Assembly (NCBI RefSeq): GCF_000150275.1
Contig: NW_002060949.1
Coordinates: 2,477,836-2,541,835 of the forward strand
Reading direction: 5' to 3'
DNA from: Trichoplax adhaerens
Taxonomy: Eukaryota > Animalia > Placozoa
DNA length: 64,000 nt
This document shows positions 59,401 to 64,000 of the stretch, piece by piece; the first letter of the stretch is position 1; every line of letters begins with the position of its first letter. Made by a program: the position numbers and the translations under genes. Below the pieces are notes generated by a model that saw only the letters and a program-made list of their open reading frames with translations, made no database searches and was not told the DNA's origin.

Positions 59401-60890
59401 ATCAATTACTTAAAATATAGAAAATCAAGATTTATTCAAATATAAGTCTTTTCCTTAATGTTTTATCATGTATGAAACTGTAATACTTCATTGCGCAATT
59501 TATTAAACCTGAGTGTAACTGCAGAAAATAATTTCCTTTTTGATTTTTAAACAGGTTATTTCGTCTATACCATGTGGCGATTCTGCACAGTAGCTTCACG
59601 AATGATTTTCTTAGGTATCTGCGCATATACTATTGGCATTTACATCTTTGTTATGTTTGCATGCCATTGGATTACGGTAGCTATTATCTCACTTTGGGAT
59701 GGAGCTGGAAATTACTTTGCTTCTCCAATCAGAAAGTATACGTTTTGCATTTTGCTTGGCTATATAGATAACTTTTTCTTCCTTAACGTCAAGCAAGGTT
59801 TGTTATTTTACAGTACCATTATTTTAATTTATAAATTCTCTTGCTAGTAAATACATATATTATTGCCTTATTTTTTGTTAACTAGTCTTTTTTAGTGTTC
59901 ATGAGATAATATTTAGATTTAATTTAATTTATTTTTCATGCATGTATCAGCTAATTATTATTTCCTCTATAATGATTTTATTACGTAGGGAGAACTCGAA
60001 TGCGCTATTTGGTCCATTTTTTTTTACTTTTTGTGGAATTAACTAGTGTAGTTCTGTACTGCTTATTAACTAACAAAATATCTCGACCAGTAGTCTTACC
60101 TGTGCTTTTAACAGCTTTATTATTTTACGTTATTGGAGCTGCTTTTATGATCACCTATTACTGTTGTGCGCACCCAACTAAAGATCGACTTTCAACATAT
60201 CTTATGCAGCCACGTTTACCCAAATCAGCAACACGTCAGTCTATTCAACTTTATTATTCTCAAGCTAATTCAAGGAATCCAACACCTAATATCCAAAGAC
60301 GTGGAAACGTCCTATCTCAGCCCGGATCGAGACGTCATAGTATAACAGATAATATTGATAATGCAACCGGCAATCTTCCTGTGTTTAGAAAGAGTATAAC
60401 TGAATTAGGCTCACAAAGAGAAGGCGAATCTAATCAATTCTTACATCCTAATAAAGCCGCCATCATATTTGCTGATCGATTAGCTAAGTTAAACCATGAT
60501 ACAATTGAAGAGGAATCTGCTATTGAACAGACAGTTAGCATAACTATATCGACTGATAGCTATTCTAAACCGAATGAGGTATCAAACGGAGAACTCGATA
60601 TGGCAGAAGTATTTTCAACAAATTCTAGATCAAGTCATGAGGATGATGAAGATATTGCTGCTTCAGATTCCGGTATAGCTATCAGTTCTGGAGGTAATTC
60701 TTACCTATATCGCACTGATATGGTAAGCCAAAGTAAAAGTGTCCAACAAACCATAACGTTGGAAGAAACAAATGGAAATATTGCTATGATTACTTCTTCC
60801 AAGAAATCAGGAAGTACCGATAAGAGTATTGCAGTAATTGATAAAGGTTCATCAAATAAAATATTAAAATACCGCACTACTACTCTATAA
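56432..60890 (+). CDS. XK-related protein (XKR4/6-like scramblase family). Exons 56432-56961, 58501-58799, 59555-59797, 59989-60890
   Basis: TM1 FIANFTTDIVVGIDY..WGWT, IEAAVTSAPQLTIQCY, PWRFCTVASRM, FFFLNVKQGRTRMRY, MITYYCCAHP, and a long low-complexity tail ending YRTTTL. Confidence 0.9.
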
Positions 60891-63621
60891 CTCCATACCT
60901 TCAATATTAACTTTACGGTTGCCAAAGTGATCTAAAACTTGCTAGGCACAAATTTTGTTATAATTTTTTTTAATGCAGAGTTGACTGAAATTGCATCGGT
61001 GTATGAGTTAAAAATGAAGTTTATTTGCAACCCGTATTAATAAGAATCAATACGATAACTTGATAATTCTTATTTCTAATGTAATTAATTTTTTTTAACT
61101 TTATCGTACATTTATGCCTATGTGTTTAACAGTGATCTGTAGGTAGAATACGACACAGTAATGATTATTGAATATAGAAGATATAAACCTGGAGCAATTA
61201 TACGCATTTAAGATTTCTTCCTTCTAATAGCGTCTATGCCACGAGTTTTAAGTATTTGAGGCTAAATGAGACTTTATAGTTTCCTACCGAATATTTAATG
61301 AGATTGATATTACGATCTACAATATCAAACGTTTTTGTACCTACTTAAATTGTTTATTAGGATTAGATGTTTATACAGTATATACAGCATATAAGTAAGC
61401 AATGTAATTGTACCGATGTGGCGTTATAAAAAAATTTTCTATCAACAAGAAAGATAGAAAAGAAATCAAGATACAATTCGTGAAACAGCTATTACTCAAA
61501 GTCCATTGTTGATGCTAAATGACACTCCCGATATGGAAATAAATTCATGTGTTAAGTTCTTCTGCTCTATAAGTCCCCGTTCTTTAATGGAGTAGCTTAA
61601 ATCTGTTAAGTAAAATCCAATCTGTATCATTTCTATTGTATATAGGAGCGATGCTAGTAGTTACTAAACATCACTTCATCAGCTTAGAGTACAACTTTTA
61701 TTATATTACATCTCTTTTAACTTTATATTCAACTGAAGCAGAATCATTATAGTTCTATGACTTCTATTTGAGCTTTTTCCGGTGCTTGCCAATTTTGTTA
61801 TGCTTTTTAATCTATTCATTCAAAGTCAATTTATGTAGACGAATAATTTTGATATACATGCATTGTATTAACACTAATCAAGACTCAAGTAAAAGTGTCT
61901 AAATACACTTTGCACGGTAATAATGAATGATATAATTTTACTTCGTCTCTGAGGCTGTAATTGAGAAAGCAATTTACAAATATCCTTTTAACCGCATATT
62001 CGCCTTAGTTGTGTATATCCTGTAATCATGATAGGCTACAAGTATATTGTGCAATAATTTTAATCTAGTATGTTAGTTTACGTGTATACTTCCAATGTTT
62101 TAAGACAAGAATCTACATCTGCGTTATTTTTAGTTTATTATCGTCAAATTACTGTAAAAACTGTTTTAGAAGAGCAAAATAAAATAAATGAGAATACAAG
62201 GTAAATTCATGCTATTTCAGCAATTTATAATTAGCGTACGTAGGAATACAATGTCATATCTATACAATATATTCGTTTCACTCTAATTATCCAATGATTA
62301 TCTTCCCTTATACAGTAAAATAATAGATGCATCATAATGATGAAGATATCCCACCAGTAATGATGAATTTTAAAATATCATCTCCTGCTAATGTAGTATA
62401 GCAATCTTACATAGACTATGCCTCCAACAGAATGACTGATTATATAATTATTATATAATCAGTCGGCAAGAACACTATTAAATCGGATATTGTTGTTAGC
62501 ATCCTTTCATAAAACGAGGTCTCGATGGCGTGCTACCGTGAATAGAAAATATAGTCATAGTTAATTTAATCTTTGCACGAAGTGTATGTCAAACTCGTAT
62601 ATGCAATATCTCTAAATAGTGGAAATTCCGTATTAGCTATTCATGGAATGACACCGTTTAATTCAGCAAGAGAGGAACTAGTTGATACTAAACATAGTAC
62701 GATTTCGTCTACCTGATGAAATCTTATCATTAATCAATCGATATTCAATTTTTTTGAGCTTTCAAAGAGTATGCAGTTATAAAGAACGGTTTCATTTAAG
62801 CCAAGAAAGAATACTATAAAGTTCAGTTCTGAATAAATGTACAGTACAGTACTATAACATCACAAAATATCCTCTGTGGACGATAGAATTCTAATATTGA
62901 AGTAGAATTCTGGAAAAATAGCCCTGGCCTACAAGTGTACAAGAAACATTTATTCCCTGTTATTCCGATGATACTGCACCGGACGGATGCTAACCGGAGA
63001 GATGGGCGGAAGGAAATGATCACAGGACAGTACAGTACAGGATACTGTACACATTACAGAGTTCATACTGTACTGTACTGCGCAGTACCATACTTTACAC
63101 TATAACTTTCAATCGCAAAACAAACATTTATCGTCCAGCTAAAAAGTTTATCGATCGACCAGTTGGATATAACCTAGGCATGCTTTCAACGTTCACTTCG
63201 GCAATCATGTGCTAGATTGGCTCCATTTTTCCATGTATTTACAGCTATCTTTTAATTAGTGTGTTGGTGCTGTGCTTTGCTTACTGGCTTAGTGGATTCT
63301 CTCAATATTTCAAGCATTCAACGTACATTACTACAAGCAACATACGAGAAATCGCTAACCGAACCGGTGACAGGTCTACTGTACAGTGGACGTTACAGTA
63401 TACAGTTATCTCATCCAATTCTACGCCTAGAATTATTAATTGAATTATTAACAACTAGTTTGAATCAGTAGATGTATTCGATCCTCGACAATACTAATGT
63501 TGACATCGCAAGATTGCTAGCTAACATCCAGATTATAAAAAGGTAGAAAATACACTCATGATTGCGTTATGTCTAGCCATTAACCCCTCCGGCCTCGAAC
63601 GTTACGGTAAATGGTTAAAGG

Positions 63622-64000
63622 ATGCCTGCTAGCATAGATGATACCACAAATAACGAAACTGATGGCGCTGTTCATTCCAGCATCAGTCCTAATCATGGAA
63701 ATCATAATCAGCCCAAAATATATCGATTATCTTTACTAGAATGTGCAACGTGGATATTTTCCATACTGATGTATATTGCAGATTACGTAACTGACTTTGT
63801 CGTTGGATTTTCCTACATCATTGATGGTCACCCATTGTGGGGAACCATGATAATATTATTATCTGTCACTTCGGGCATAGTCGTACAAGGATTCTCTCTT
63901 TACTGGTCTTTTGGTTGCTGCTGGCGCCAGTCTGTGTCTGACAATTCGGATGAGACTAATAATTCGGGCCAATATGATACCAACGATAGCCAAGTCGACC
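63622..64000 (+). CDS. Second XK-related protein, first exon, truncated by the window end
   Basis: ATG follows an in-frame stop and the frame is open to 64000: MPASIDD...WIFSILMYIADYVTDFVVGFSYIIDGHPLWGTMIILLSVTSGIVVQGFSLYWS, collinear with exon 1 of the upstream XK gene. Confidence 0.85.
   Translation, partial: MPASIDDTTNNETDGAVHSSISPNHGNHNQPKIYRLSLLECATWIFSILMYIADYVTDFVVGFSYIIDGHPLWGTMIILLSVTSGIVVQGFSLYWSFGCCWRQSVSDNSDETNNSGQYDTNDSQVD

Overview
Eukaryotic, AT-rich, intron-dense animal genomic DNA. Short introns (mostly GT-AG), (TACAG)n tracts and the gene content suggest a placozoan such as Trichoplax; this is inference and was not checked against a database. Genes assembled by hand, in order: CARM1/PRMT4 (-), NKAPD1/C11orf57 (+), a glutaredoxin-DEP-DUF547 protein (+), a 65-aa single-TM microprotein absent from the ORF track (-), SMAP-type ArfGAP (+), LTV1 (-), a GLUT10/12-like sugar transporter with two GC-AG introns (+), a divergent RIM active-zone scaffold (+), a short ERICH1-like gene (-), and two tandem XK-related scramblase genes (+, the second partial). 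The main hidden system is at about 29.0-31.0 kb: an apparently non-coding, multi-exon snoRNA host gene, head-to-head with the 40S factor LTV1, with CACGTG E-boxes and a 5'TOP-like start. Its introns carry recognisable SNORD59, double-guide SNORD36 and SNORD67 (U6 guide) homologues plus further orphan candidates. Intergenic promoter regions hold a duplicated ~210-bp promoter block, a 207-bp x3 tandem repeat, a tandem array of MITE-like inverted-repeat units and recurrent TACAG/CTGTAC tracts. Exon boundaries were read by eye and may be off by a few bases.
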